From Rhodospirillaceae bacterium (GTDB taxonomy: Bacteria > Pseudomonadota > Alphaproteobacteria > MPNO01 > VGEU01): a DNA stretch of 64,000 bases. Shown piece by piece: positions 9,458-19,001 of the stretch (positions are counted from its first letter, which is position 1; each line of letters starts with the position of its first letter). The position numbers were made by a program, and so were the translations under genes. Location: NCBI GenBank assembly GCA_050249455.1, contig JBFWQM010000002.1:8888-72887 (forward strand). Direction: 5' to 3'. The notes beneath the pieces are model-generated. The model saw only the letters and a program-made list of their open reading frames with translations. It had not been told where the DNA came from and did no database searches.

Positions 9458-9859
9458 ATGGCCCGTCTGCGTCACTTCGCGATAGTCGTCGGCGACCTGG
9501 AGAAGTCGGCGGCGTTCTACGAGAGCGTGTTCGAGCTCAAGCGCGTCGGGCAGGAGAAGCTCGACTTCGCCGCCGCGATCTACCTCAGCGACGGCGTGAT
9601 CAACCTCGCGCTGCTCAACTATTTCGGCAAGCGCGGATCGGGGCTGGACGACGCGGCGAAGTTCGTCGGCGCGCACCATTTCGGCTTCCAGGTCGACGAC
9701 ATCGCCGACGCCCAGAAGCGCATCGAGGCGGCCGGCGGCACGTTCTTCTTCGACCTCGGCGACGACCCGGAGAAGGAGAACTTCGAGCGCAAGTTCAAGG
9801 ACCCCGACGGGATCATCTTCGACGTCTCGCGCAAGGGCTGGCTCGGCGCGTCGGGCTAG
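9458..9859 (+). CDS. VOC (glyoxalase/bleomycin-resistance/dioxygenase) family protein
   Basis: Internal ATG preceded by AGGAGG. Contains LRHFAIVVGDLEKSAAFYESVF and HHFGFQVDD. Single-domain VOC of about 133 aa. Confidence 0.8.
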   Translation: MARLRHFAIVVGDLEKSAAFYESVFELKRVGQEKLDFAAAIYLSDGVINLALLNYFGKRGSGLDDAAKFVGAHHFGFQVDDIADAQKRIEAAGGTFFFDLGDDPEKENFERKFKDPDGIIFDVSRKGWLGASG

Positions 9860-11244
9860 CGCCGCGGCGTCGCGGCGGCGGGCGCGAAGCGGCGGACCAT
9901 GCCGTCGTACTTGGTCAGCACGTAGACCTCGCCGTCCTCGCCGATGCCGAAGCGCAGGTCGGCCCGCGGCGCGTCGCCCATCAGCGACAGCAGCGTGACC
10001 GCGCGGCCGTCGCGCAGCAGGGTCAGCTCGCCGATCCGCGGGTCGCGGCCGGCGATCAGGTCGGCCGCGGTCGCATGGAAGACGCGGCCGCCGAACAGGT
10101 CGCCGAACACATACTCGCCGGCAAGGTCAGGCACGCGCGCGCCGCGGTAGACGTAGCCGCCGACGATCGACCGGCCTTCGTCGTGGTCGTACTGCGCCAG
10201 CGGGTAGACGAAGCCGTGCCGCGCGTCGTCGGCAGGCAGCGGATACAGCGTCTCCGGGTTGGCGCGGTCGAGCACGAAGCGGCCCTCGCGCAGCGGCCAG
10301 CCGTAGTTGGCGCCGGCGCGGCCCAGGTCGATCTCCTCCACGTTGTCCTCGCCGATGTCGGCGATCAGCATCGCGCCGCTGTGGCCGACGTCCCAGCCGA
10401 AGCGCTGCGGGTTGCGCAGGCCGTAGGCCCAGACCTCGCCCAATGCGCCGCCTTGCGCGGCGAACGGGTTGTCCGGCGGGATCGCGTAGGCGCGGCTGCC
10501 AGCGGCGCGCGGGTCGATGCGCAGGATCTTGCCGAGCGGCGCCGACAGGTCCTGCGCGCGGCTGCCCGACGGCGGGAAGGTGCCGTCGCCGACGCCGACA
10601 TAGAGCATGCCGTAGCCCGCATCGCCCGGCCGCAAGGTCGGGTCGAACGCGAGCTGGCCGACGTTGTGGCCGAAGTTCGGGAACGCGACGCGCAAGAGCT
10701 CGCGCCGCGACGACGGGTCGGCGCGGTCGGGCGCGGCCGGGTCGACCCGCCACTCGGCGACCACGTCGACATGGTTCACCTTGGCCATCAGCGCCTCGCC
10801 AAGCGCGGGCAGCGCGGGGTCCGGGCGCTCCGAGCTGACGGTGTAGAACCGGCCCTCGCCGGGCGCGCCGCGCCGCGCATAGTCGGGGTGAAAGGCGATG
10901 GTCTTGGCGCCCTTCTCGCGGCTGTCGTCGAGGAAGCGGTCGCCGCGCGCGACGGCGAGGTCGAGGAACACGGCGGGGCGCGACATGCCGGGGCGGAAGA
11001 CGTAGATGCGCCCGCGCATGTCGACCACGAACAGCCGGCCCGAGCCGTCGCCGGCGTGGGTCAGGAAGTCGAGGCGCGCGCGTGGCGGGTCGGGGCTCGA
11101 CGGCGGGATGCGCACGACGTCGACCAGCTCCGCCGCCCGGCCGCTCGGCGCGATGCGCTGCGGGATCGGATCCGGCGTGACCGGCGCCTGCGCCGCCGCC
11201 GCGCCGGCCCACAGCGCGAGCGCGAAGACGGCCGCGCGCCTCAT
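9856..11244 (-). CDS. PQQ-dependent sugar (glucose/sorbosone) dehydrogenase-family beta-propeller, secreted
   Basis: Start at MRRAAVFALALWAGAAAAQA (signal peptide). Blocks HAGDGSGRLFVVDMRGRIYV, GVGDGT, ILRIDP, GLRNPQRFGWD and GANYGWPLREG are present. The upstream part of the 743-aa track ORF is not coding in this frame. Confidence 0.85.
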   Translation of the reverse strand: MRRAAVFALALWAGAAAAQAPVTPDPIPQRIAPSGRAAELVDVVRIPPSSPDPPRARLDFLTHAGDGSGRLFVVDMRGRIYVFRPGMSRPAVFLDLAVARGDRFLDDSREKGAKTIAFHPDYARRGAPGEGRFYTVSSERPDPALPALGEALMAKVNHVDVVAEWRVDPAAPDRADPSSRRELLRVAFPNFGHNVGQLAFDPTLRPGDAGYGMLYVGVGDGTFPPSGSRAQDLSAPLGKILRIDPRAAGSRAYAIPPDNPFAAQGGALGEVWAYGLRNPQRFGWDVGHSGAMLIADIGEDNVEEIDLGRAGANYGWPLREGRFVLDRANPETLYPLPADDARHGFVYPLAQYDHDEGRSIVGGYVYRGARVPDLAGEYVFGDLFGGRVFHATAADLIAGRDPRIGELTLLRDGRAVTLLSLMGDAPRADLRFGIGEDGEVYVLTKYDGMVRRFAPAAATPRR

Positions 11245-12152
11245 GATCCCTTGGCCGGCGGCCGCCCGGCGCGCGATTCGCGCATGGTGTTGTAGTACGT
11301 CGCGCCGAAGATGACCGCGCCGCCGACGAACGCCCACTCGTCGGGAATCTCGTCGTAGAGGAAGAAACCGACCATCGCGTTGAACGGCAGCCGCAGGAAG
11401 TCGAGAGAGATCACCAGGCTGGCGTCGGCGATGCGCAGGCCGCGCGTGAACAGGTAGGGAGCGATGGTGCCGGCGACGCCGATGATCAGCAGGCCCTGCA
11501 GGCCGCGCCAGTCCGGCGTCTGCCAGTAGTAGACCGTCGGCGCCAGCGTGAGCAGCCCCAGCCACAGATGCTGGTGCAGGATGACGGCCGCCGGCGAGTC
11601 GGTGCGCGTCAGCACCTTGGTCATGATCATCGACGCGGCGTAGAGCGCGGCCGATCCCAGCACGGCGAGCGCCGGCAGCCCAACCTCCGTCGCCCCGGGA
11701 CGCAGGATGATCACGACGCCCGCGAAGCCCACGATCGTCGCGACGACGCGGCTCATGGTCAGCCGCTCCTTCAGCAGGAACACCGCCAGCACGATGGCGA
11801 ACAGCGGCAGGGTGAAGTGCAGCGCGACGGCCTGGTCGAGCGCGATCTGCGTCATCGCCCAGAACCACATCACCATCCCGGTGCCCTGCATGAACGAGCG
11901 GGTGAGATATTGCCCGGTATGCCGCGTTCCGATGCCGCGGAACCCGGAGACGGCGAAGAACGGCAGCAGGATCAGGCAGGCGAGGAACCCGCGCAGGCAC
12001 ACGATCTCCACCGTCGGCACCGACTCGGAGGCCATGCGCACGCCGATCGGCACGATCGCGAACACCGCCGTCGACACCACCGCCCACACGATGGCGCGCA
12101 CGTTGGCCGGCAGCGCCTCGAACCGGGCGACGGCGGAGCGGATGGCGTTCAT
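11241..12152 (-). CDS. DMT-superfamily (EamA-like) transporter
   Basis: Ten predicted hydrophobic helices arranged as a duplicated EamA layout. The stop overlaps the next gene start (ATGA). Confidence 0.8.
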   Translation of the reverse strand: MNAIRSAVARFEALPANVRAIVWAVVSTAVFAIVPIGVRMASESVPTVEIVCLRGFLACLILLPFFAVSGFRGIGTRHTGQYLTRSFMQGTGMVMWFWAMTQIALDQAVALHFTLPLFAIVLAVFLLKERLTMSRVVATIVGFAGVVIILRPGATEVGLPALAVLGSAALYAASMIMTKVLTRTDSPAAVILHQHLWLGLLTLAPTVYYWQTPDWRGLQGLLIIGVAGTIAPYLFTRGLRIADASLVISLDFLRLPFNAMVGFFLYDEIPDEWAFVGGAVIFGATYYNTMRESRAGRPPAKGS

Positions 12153-12258
12153 GGCTGAAGGTTTAGCAGGTTTCGGCGGCGCGGGGGGCGCGTTGTCCTT
12201 GCTTTACCAAGGAGTCATGCGCGGGCGTGGGCGAGGGGCTCGTTCCGGAATAATAGTG

Positions 12259-12466
12259 GTCATGCGCGGACTTGATCCGCGCATCCAGCGCGCACGGTCA
12301 GTGCGCAAGAGACTCGTCTGCGCCGCAAGGCCGCGCTGCTGGATACGCGGATCGGGGACCGAAGGTCACCGATGCCCGCGTACGACTCCATTACTGGGGC
12401 AGATGGCGATTCCAATACCGTGTGTCGGCGGCTACCGGTAAGCCGCGGGTCGAGCCCGCATATGAC
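12259..12466. repeat. ~210-bp MITE-like element with hairpin-forming ends
   Basis: The left end GTCATGCGCGGACTTGATCCGCGCAT forms a 9-bp stem. The right end GCGGGTCGAGCCCGCATATGAC is, when reverse-complemented, a degenerate copy of the left end. Confidence 0.4.
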
Positions 12467-12470
12467 GAGC

Positions 12471-12507
12471 GGTGAAAAGAAGAAGGGGCGGGTCCGAGAC
12501 CCGCCCC
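12471..12507 (-). terminator. rho-independent terminator after the Mo-hydroxylase large-subunit gene
   Basis: A 10-bp GC stem (GGGGCGGGTC-cga-GACCCGCCCC) is followed on the minus strand by TTCTTCTTTTC. Confidence 0.7.
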
Positions 12508-12532
12508 TTCGACCCGCCGATGTTTAGTCGGC

Positions 12533-14806
12533 CTAGGCTTTCCCCGCCTCCTCGATCAGCTCGAGAATCTTCGGCGGCGACATGGGCAGCGAGCGCGGGC
12601 GGACGCCGATGGCGTTGCCGATCGCGTTGCCGATGGCGGCCATGGTCGGCACCACCGGCACTTCGCCGACGCCGCGCAGGCCGTAGGGGTGGCGCGGGTT
12701 CGGCACCTCGACGATCACGGTGTCGACCATCGGCACGTCGGAGGCGACCGGCATGCGGTAGTCGAGGAAGGTCGGGTTCTGCAGCCGCCCGTCGGGGCCG
12801 TAGACGTACTCCTCGTTCAGCGCCCAGCCGATGCCCTGCACCGCGCCGCCCTGGTACTGGCCTTCCACCTGCAGCGGGTGGATCGCCTTGCCGGCGTCCT
12901 CCACCACGGTGTAGCGCTTGATGTCGACCCTGCCGGTCTCCTTGTCGACCTCGACGTCCACGATGTGCAGGCCGAAGCCCGGGCCCTCACCGGTGACGTT
13001 CATCTCCGAGTGGCCGGCGATGGCGCCGTGGCTGGCGCTGGTCTTGGCCGCGATCTCGGCGATCGACAGCGGCGGGAACTCGCCGACGTTGGAGCTCGCC
13101 GGGCGGCAGAAGCCGTCCTCGAACACGACGCCTTCCTCCGGCACCTTCCACAGGATGGCGGCGCGCCGGCACAGTTCCTTGATCACCTTGCGCGCGCTGT
13201 CGACGATCACCATGCCCGACGAGAACGTGGTGCGGCTGCCGGCGGTGACCCGGTTGTTGCCGATCGACGAGGTGTCGGCCAGGATCGCGCGCACCTTCTC
13301 CAGCGGCACGCCGAGCTCCTCCGCAGCCATCATGCTGATCGACAGCCGCGAGCCCGCGACGTCGGAGGTGCCGAGCATGATCGTCACCGACCCGTCGGGC
13401 GTGACGGTCAGCGAGCCGGTGGTGTCGCCGCCGCGGTTGAACCAGAAGCCGGCCGCGACGCCGCGGCCCTGTCCCTTCGGCACCGGCGAGCGGTAGTGGT
13501 CGCAGTTCTTCGCCGCCTCCAGGGTCTCGACGAAGCCGATCACCTCGAAGGTCTGGCCGTAGATGGTGGTGTCGCCTTCCTTCATCGCGTTCTTGAGCCG
13601 GAAGTCGATCGGGTCCATGCCGACCTTCTTCGCCATCTCGTCGATGACGTGCTCGACGCCGAACACGATCTGCGGCACGCAGGGCGCGCGGAAGGAATTT
13701 ACCTTGGGCCGGTTCGACACCACCTCGTAGGACACCGTGCGGATGTTCTTCAGCGCATAGCGTGTGAACATCGCGTGCGGCGCGTTGAAGAACATCGAGC
13801 CGGTGAAGGCGCCGGTCTGGAAGATGAGCTCCGCCTCGGCGGCGGTGATGCGCCCGTCCTTGGTGCAGCCCATCTTGATCTTCGACCGGGTGCCCGACAC
13901 CGGGCCGGTGCCGCGGAAAACCTCGTTGCGGGTCAGCACGATCTTGACCGGCCGGCGCGCCTTCTTCGACAGCACGACGGCCAGCGGCTCGCCGTAGAAG
14001 CCCGTCTTGCCGCCGAAGCCGCCGCCCATCTCCGACTGCGTGACGCGGATCTTCGCCGACGGGATCTTCAGGATCTCGGCCAGGCGGTCGCGGAACACGT
14101 GGGTGCCCTGGGTGCAGCACCACAGCTCGATCTCGCCGTCGTCGCCGTAGTTGGCGACGCAGCCCTGCGGCTCGATGTAGCCCTGGTGCATCGGCTGGCT
14201 GTCGTAGTCGTACTCGACGATGACGTCGGCCTCGGCGAAGCCCTTGTCGGCGTCGCCGATGGCGAGCGCGAGACGCTCGACCACGTTGGTCTGCTTGTCG
14301 GCCGCGCCCTCGACGCCCTTGGTGCGGATGTGCGGGTGCAGGATCGGCGCGCCGGCCTGCATCGCCTCGACCGGGTCGATGACGTGCGGCAGCACCTCGT
14401 AGTCGACCTTGATCAGCTTGAGCGCGCGCTTGGCAATGGCCTCGCTGGTGGCGGCGACCGCGGCGACCGGATGGCCGTCATAGAGCGCCTTCTCGCGTGC
14501 CAGCGCGTTGCGCGTCATGTCGCCGCCATTGGTCCCGGCGGGGAGGTCGGGGAAGTCGTCGCGCGTCACCACCGCGCGCACGCCGGGCAGCGCCTCGGCG
14601 GCCGAGGTGTCGATCGACCGAATGATCGCGTGCGGGTGCGGGCTGCGCAGCACCTTGCCGAACAGCATGCCCGGCAGCATCAGGTCGGCGCCGAACTTCG
14701 CCCGGCCGGTGACCTTGTCGGGGCCGTCCTGCTTGACCGGGTTGCTGCCGACGATCTTCAGCTTGCGGTCGGGATTGAAATCGGGCTTCTCCAGGATCGT
14801 CGCCAT
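12533..14806 (-). CDS. xanthine dehydrogenase/aldehyde oxidase-family molybdopterin-binding large subunit
   Basis: Start at MATILEK, preceded by GAGGAGG. The N-terminal block VGSNPVKQDGPDKVTGRAKFGADL is typical of the family. 757 aa. Confidence 0.9.
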   Translation of the reverse strand: MATILEKPDFNPDRKLKIVGSNPVKQDGPDKVTGRAKFGADLMLPGMLFGKVLRSPHPHAIIRSIDTSAAEALPGVRAVVTRDDFPDLPAGTNGGDMTRNALAREKALYDGHPVAAVAATSEAIAKRALKLIKVDYEVLPHVIDPVEAMQAGAPILHPHIRTKGVEGAADKQTNVVERLALAIGDADKGFAEADVIVEYDYDSQPMHQGYIEPQGCVANYGDDGEIELWCCTQGTHVFRDRLAEILKIPSAKIRVTQSEMGGGFGGKTGFYGEPLAVVLSKKARRPVKIVLTRNEVFRGTGPVSGTRSKIKMGCTKDGRITAAEAELIFQTGAFTGSMFFNAPHAMFTRYALKNIRTVSYEVVSNRPKVNSFRAPCVPQIVFGVEHVIDEMAKKVGMDPIDFRLKNAMKEGDTTIYGQTFEVIGFVETLEAAKNCDHYRSPVPKGQGRGVAAGFWFNRGGDTTGSLTVTPDGSVTIMLGTSDVAGSRLSISMMAAEELGVPLEKVRAILADTSSIGNNRVTAGSRTTFSSGMVIVDSARKVIKELCRRAAILWKVPEEGVVFEDGFCRPASSNVGEFPPLSIAEIAAKTSASHGAIAGHSEMNVTGEGPGFGLHIVDVEVDKETGRVDIKRYTVVEDAGKAIHPLQVEGQYQGGAVQGIGWALNEEYVYGPDGRLQNPTFLDYRMPVASDVPMVDTVIVEVPNPRHPYGLRGVGEVPVVPTMAAIGNAIGNAIGVRPRSLPMSPPKILELIEEAGKA

Positions 14807-14808
14807 CG

Positions 14809-15288
14809 TCAGGCCCTCCTCATCTCTTCGGCGGCCGCCAGGACCGACCGGATGATCTTGTCGTAGCCGGTGCACCGGCACAGGTTACCCGCCAGCCAGA
14901 AGCGGACTTCCGTTTCCGTCGGATTCGGGTTGCGCCCCAGGAGCGCGCGCGCCGCCATCAGGATCCCGGGGGTGCAGATGCCGCATTGCAGCCCGTTCAT
15001 CTCCAGGAACGTGCGCTGCAGCGGGTGCAGCGTCTCGCCGTCGGCCATGCCCTCGATGGTGTCGACCGACTTGCCGTCGGCCTCCACCGCCAGCACCAGG
15101 CACGAGCAGACCAGCGCGCCGTCGACCAGGACGGTGCAGGCGCCGCAGTCGCCGGTGGAGCAGCCTTCCTTCGTCCCCGTGAGCTCGAGCTCGTTGCGCA
15201 GCACGTCGACCAGCGTCTGGCCGGGTTCGCACAACACCTCGTACTCGTCACCGTTCACGGTGATCGTGACGTGAGCCTTCTTGGCCAT
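14809..15288 (-). CDS. (2Fe-2S)-binding small subunit of the Mo-hydroxylase
   Basis: Contains GCSTGDCGACTV and CGICTPG...CRCTGY, the two [2Fe-2S] cysteine clusters. 159 aa. Confidence 0.9.
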   Translation of the reverse strand: MAKKAHVTITVNGDEYEVLCEPGQTLVDVLRNELELTGTKEGCSTGDCGACTVLVDGALVCSCLVLAVEADGKSVDTIEGMADGETLHPLQRTFLEMNGLQCGICTPGILMAARALLGRNPNPTETEVRFWLAGNLCRCTGYDKIIRSVLAAAEEMRRA

Positions 15289-15302
15289 CCGTTCGGTCCT
15301 CC

Positions 15303-16172
15303 TCAGTTGGCGCGGGCGCGTTCGAGCGCCTTCTCGGCCGCGCGCCGCGCCATGACCGCGGCAGTCTTGATGCGGTACTCCTTGGTGCCGCGCTTGTCGC
15401 TGATCGGGTTGCACGCCGCGCTCGCCGCCGCGCCCAGCTTCGCCAGCGCCGCGGCGTCCACCTTGGTCCCGACGATCGCGTCCGCCGCCGGCTTCACCAG
15501 GAGCGGGGTCGGCGCCACCGCGCCGAGCGACACGCGCGCCGCGGTGCAGGTGCCGGAGCCGTCGAGGGTCAGGCTGACGCCGGCGCCGACCACGGCGATG
15601 TCCATCTCGGTGCGCGGGGTCAGGCGCAGGTAGCAGTCGCCCGAATGCGGCGGGCGCTTCGGGAAGAAGAACGACGTGATGATCTCGCCCGGCGCCAGCG
15701 AGGTCTTGCCCGGCCCGGTGACGATGCTTTCCACCGGCGCCTCGCGCCGGCCGTTCGGCCCGACAATGGTGGCGACCGTGCCGGCGGCGATGATCGCCGG
15801 CACGCTGTCGGCGGCCGGCGATGCGTTGCACAGGTTACCGGCGATGGTGGCGCGGCCCTTGACCTGGATCGAGCCGATCAGCGCCACTCCCTCCACCACG
15901 CCCGGCCACGCGGCGCGGAAGGCCGCGTGGTCGAGGATCGCCATGCCCGGCACGGCGGCGCCGATGCGGAAGCCGCCGTTCTCGGCGGCGATGGCGCGCA
16001 GCTCCGGGATGTTCTTGATGTCGACGATGAGCTCGGGCTCGATCAGGTCGGCGTGCAGCTGGACCAGGACGTCGGTCCCGCCGGCCAGCACCTTGGCCTT
16101 GCCCCCGCCGCGCGCCAGCAGTGCGACCGCCGCGTCCAGTGTGTCCGGCGCCTTGTACGCCAGTTCCGCCAT
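15303..16172 (-). CDS. FAD-binding medium subunit of the Mo-hydroxylase
   Basis: Block AGGTDVLVQL and a CO-dehydrogenase-flavoprotein-like C-terminus. The ATG at 16172 (MAELAYKAP) follows GGGGAGG; an alternative start lies at 16187. Confidence 0.85.
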   Translation of the reverse strand: MAELAYKAPDTLDAAVALLARGGGKAKVLAGGTDVLVQLHADLIEPELIVDIKNIPELRAIAAENGGFRIGAAVPGMAILDHAAFRAAWPGVVEGVALIGSIQVKGRATIAGNLCNASPAADSVPAIIAAGTVATIVGPNGRREAPVESIVTGPGKTSLAPGEIITSFFFPKRPPHSGDCYLRLTPRTEMDIAVVGAGVSLTLDGSGTCTAARVSLGAVAPTPLLVKPAADAIVGTKVDAAALAKLGAAASAACNPISDKRGTKEYRIKTAAVMARRAAEKALERARAN

Positions 16173-16321
16173 GTCGTGCCTCCCCATCGGTAGCGTTCGT
16201 TGCCGCGATGATGGCCAAACCGGCGGGCAAAATCGAGTCCGGCCTGAGGCCGCACGCGAATTAGCGCGGCTGCCGCCCTTTCGCGGGTGCAGCAGCCGTT
16301 AGAGGGTGAAGGGTCGCGGAT

Positions 16322-17344
16322 TCAGCGGGCGGCGCGGCGCAGGGTGAACAGGGTCGCCTCGCCGCGCGAGTTGAAGCGCACCGGCAGGCACGACACCCCC
16401 GCGCCGGCGCTGGTGTAGCCGACCATCGGGCCGCACTGCCACAGACCGGCGCAGAATTCCTTGTGCGCGGTCAGGTTCCGGATGATCGGCCGGCCGCCGG
16501 GAAGGCAGACCTGGCCGCCGTGGGTGTGGCCGGTCAGGTAGAGCGCGATGCCGGCGTCGGCCGCCGCCTGCGCCAGCTCCGGGGAATGGACGAGGCCGAT
16601 GCGGAAGCCGTCGGGCATCGCGCCGAGCGCATGGTGCGCCTCGTCGGAATAGTAGTTGTGCACGTCATCGACGCCGGTAAGGTGGATGGCGGCGTTGCCG
16701 CGCGCAACCGATGCCGTCTCGTTGACCAGCACGCGCACGCCGATCGACTCCAGCGGCTCGACCATTTCCACCGAATCGTGGTTGCCGAGCGTCGCCAGCA
16801 CGCCGTCGGCGGTGGCGATCCCGTCGAGCAAGTGCGCGAGGTTGTCGATGACGCCCTGGTAGGGACCGCGCTTGCGGAAGCGGTAGTCGCCGGTCATGAC
16901 GCACAGGTCCACCGCGACGCCGTCGAACAGGGCGCGCAGCCGTTCGGCGAGGCCGGGCAGGCCGTCGATGTGGAGATCGGTCAGGTGCAGGACGGTGTAG
17001 CCGTCGAACGCGGCGGGCAGGTGGGGAAAGCCGAGCTCGATCCGGTTGACCCTGATGTCGAGCGCATTGCGGACGCCGCGCTCGTAGAGCCCCAGGCACC
17101 ACAGGCCGACCCCGGCCTTGTGGACGGCGCGGTCGAACAGCTCCCACGGCCGCAGGCTGCGGCGGCCGTCCGGCGTGCGCCGCTCCAGCCGCGCCTCCAT
17201 GCGCGCGCGCGCGATCGCCCATCGGGTGAACGCGGTCGGCTGACGCAACGAAGGTGCCGCGCCGGCCGGGACCGCCCCGACATGCGGGTTGGAAAGCGTC
17301 GCCGCTTCCTCGATGTCCCAGACCTTGACCTGCCGGCCTGACAT
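16322..17344 (-). CDS. metallophosphoesterase
   Basis: Ordered motifs DLHID, GDY, GNHD and GHTHGG. Start taken at MSGRQVKV. Confidence 0.8.
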   Translation of the reverse strand: MSGRQVKVWDIEEAATLSNPHVGAVPAGAAPSLRQPTAFTRWAIARARMEARLERRTPDGRRSLRPWELFDRAVHKAGVGLWCLGLYERGVRNALDIRVNRIELGFPHLPAAFDGYTVLHLTDLHIDGLPGLAERLRALFDGVAVDLCVMTGDYRFRKRGPYQGVIDNLAHLLDGIATADGVLATLGNHDSVEMVEPLESIGVRVLVNETASVARGNAAIHLTGVDDVHNYYSDEAHHALGAMPDGFRIGLVHSPELAQAAADAGIALYLTGHTHGGQVCLPGGRPIIRNLTAHKEFCAGLWQCGPMVGYTSAGAGVSCLPVRFNSRGEATLFTLRRAAR

Positions 17345-17433
17345 GCGACTACCCCGCTCTACCCGCGCTACGACGCTACGCAATTCGACTGCCCTGACCC
17401 TCGGGCCCCCGCCGGAGGTATAGCGCAAACCCT

Positions 17434-17461
17434 ATTCACATGGGGTGAAACGAACGTGAAT
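17434..17461. promoter_or_regulatory. repeat motif upstream of the metallophosphoesterase gene
   Basis: The sequence is ATTCAC-atggg-GTGAA-acgaac-GTGAAT. It contains a direct GTGAA repeat with 11-bp periodicity and an outer inverted repeat. Confidence 0.2.
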
Positions 17462-17498
17462 CAAAGATCGGGCCCCGTCCCGGCGGTCCGACGACGCC

Positions 17499-19001
17499 TT
17501 ATTGGGTCATCGAGAGGACGAGGCAGCCTTGTTTCGAGTCACGCGACTGGATGTTAGCACAGATCGTCCTGGCCTGGTCGCGCTGTTCGAACGGACCCAG
17601 GTAGACGCGGGTGAACGTGCCGCGGCCGCTCAGCTCCACCGTCTTGTAGACGGGCGTCTGGCCGGCCAGGGCGTCGGGAAACGCCCGGCTGACCGTGGTC
17701 CAGGTCTCGCGCGCCAGAGCCTCGGACGGTTGCGAGCCGAGCTGGACCATGAAGACGCGGCTGCCTGCGCGGGGGGCCGGCGTGGCGCTGGCGACCGCGA
17801 CCGGCGCCGGGTCGGCAGGTTTCGCTGCGGCCTCGGCCGGGCGCGGCGTCGGGATCTTGACGCTGGGGGTGGCCTCGGACGCGGCGACTGCCGCAGGGGT
17901 CGGCGACGGTTCGGCGGGCCTGGCGGGCGCCGGCTCGGCGGCCTTGACGGGGGCCAGCGGCGGCGCGGCCGGCTTTACGGCGGGCGGCGGCGCGGCCGGC
18001 TTTACGGCGGGCGGCGGCTCGGCCGGCTTTGCGGCGGTCTGCGTCGCGGCAGGCTTGGCCGGCTGGGGCTCGGCGGGCCGGGCGGCGGGCCGAGACGGCT
18101 CCGGCTTGACCACCGAGGCCGTTTGCGACGCCGGCGCCGGCCGGCCGGGGATGGCGTCGGTCATCGTGACGGCCGGCTTGTCCGCACGCGGCACGGCGGC
18201 GTGGCCGGTCTCCTTCGCCGTGCGGATGAAGGTCGGGATGCCGCCCAGCGCATCATTGCGCCGCGCATCCTCGCGGCTCGCCGCTCGCATCGGCGGCAGG
18301 TCTTCCAGGTTCGCCAGGCCGGTGCGCGCGATGATCGACTTGACCCGCTCGCGGGCGCGCGGGTGGCCGCCCGCCGCGGCGCGCTGGTACCAGTTCAGCG
18401 CCCGCGCCGGGTCCGCCACGACGCCGACGCCGTTCTCGTAGATCACGCCGAGCTGGTAGGCCGCCGGCATGAATCCCTGGTCGGCCGACTTCTGGATCCA
18501 GCCCAGCATCTCGCCGACATCGCGCTGCACGCCTTCGCCGCGATAATAGAGGACGCCGAGGTTGAACTGCGCGTTGGGCACGCCCTGCTCGGCCGCCTTG
18601 GCGAACCAGCGCGCGGCCTCGGCGTAGTCGCGGGCGACGCCGGCGCCGCGGTAGTAGAGGACCGCCAGGCCGTGCTGGGCCAGCGGCACGCCCTGCTCGG
18701 CGGCCTTGCGGAACCAGAAGGCCGCCTCGCGCATGTTGCGCTCGACGCCGCGGCCTTCGAAAAACATGCCCCCGACATTGAATTGCGACACCGCGTCGCC
18801 GGTCTCGGCAGCGCGCTGGAAATCGCGATAGGCCGCGTCGAACTCGCCACGCTCATAGGCGGCGATCCCGGGACCCTCGTCGGCGGCGCCCGCCAGGCCA
18901 GGCGACAGCGCCAGCAGCGCCGCGACCGAGACGGCGGATAGGATGCGCCGCAGCGACGCCGGACGGGACGGATATCGGTTCATGATGCGGTTGCCTTCCA
19001 T
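17499..19001 (-). CDS. Sel1-repeat protein with a Pro/Ala-rich linker and a C-terminal SPOR domain
   Basis: Signal peptide, then five Sel1-like units (A..W..KAAEQG...AQ..LG.LY..G.GV). A PAxKPA-rich linker follows, and the SPOR-like end FMVQLGSQPSEALARETW...YLGPF. An alternative start at 18983 (MNRYPS) has the better RBS. Confidence 0.8.
   Translation of the reverse strand: MEGNRIMNRYPSRPASLRRILSAVSVAALLALSPGLAGAADEGPGIAAYERGEFDAAYRDFQRAAETGDAVSQFNVGGMFFEGRGVERNMREAAFWFRKAAEQGVPLAQHGLAVLYYRGAGVARDYAEAARWFAKAAEQGVPNAQFNLGVLYYRGEGVQRDVGEMLGWIQKSADQGFMPAAYQLGVIYENGVGVVADPARALNWYQRAAAGGHPRARERVKSIIARTGLANLEDLPPMRAASREDARRNDALGGIPTFIRTAKETGHAAVPRADKPAVTMTDAIPGRPAPASQTASVVKPEPSRPAARPAEPQPAKPAATQTAAKPAEPPPAVKPAAPPPAVKPAAPPLAPVKAAEPAPARPAEPSPTPAAVAASEATPSVKIPTPRPAEAAAKPADPAPVAVASATPAPRAGSRVFMVQLGSQPSEALARETWTTVSRAFPDALAGQTPVYKTVELSGRGTFTRVYLGPFEQRDQARTICANIQSRDSKQGCLVLSMTQ
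17958..18038 (-). repeat. 27-bp in-frame tandem repeat (three units) in the Pro/Ala linker of the Sel1-SPOR gene
   Basis: CTTTAC recurs at 17973 and 18000, with the variant CTTTGC at 18027, giving a period of 27. The units encode the repeated A-V-K-P-A-A-P-P-P nonapeptide (P-A-V-K-P-A-A-P-P register). Confidence 0.7.

Noticed and set aside
9856-12087. Single 743-aa ORF spanning the sugar dehydrogenase gene and the EamA region
   Set aside because: Only the C-terminal 462 codons, starting at a signal peptide at 11244, look like protein. The upstream part overlaps the well-supported EamA transporter gene, which is in another frame.
12445-12459. tRNA-like T-arm (GCGGGTCGAGCCCGC)
   Set aside because: No acceptor, D or anticodon arms can be drawn around it. 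It is the terminal hairpin of the repeat element.
12272-12475. 67-aa ORF in the long intergenic gap
   Set aside because: It lies entirely within the hairpin-ended repeat element and has no RBS or recognisable fold. Such pseudo-ORFs are typical of intergenic repeats.
12533-16172. Calling the CoxMSL-like operon an aerobic CO dehydrogenase
   Set aside because: I could not find the CODH-type active-site loop (AYxCSFR-like) in the large subunit. The corresponding region reads NSFRAPC. Only the generic xanthine dehydrogenase/aldehyde oxidase family call is justified.
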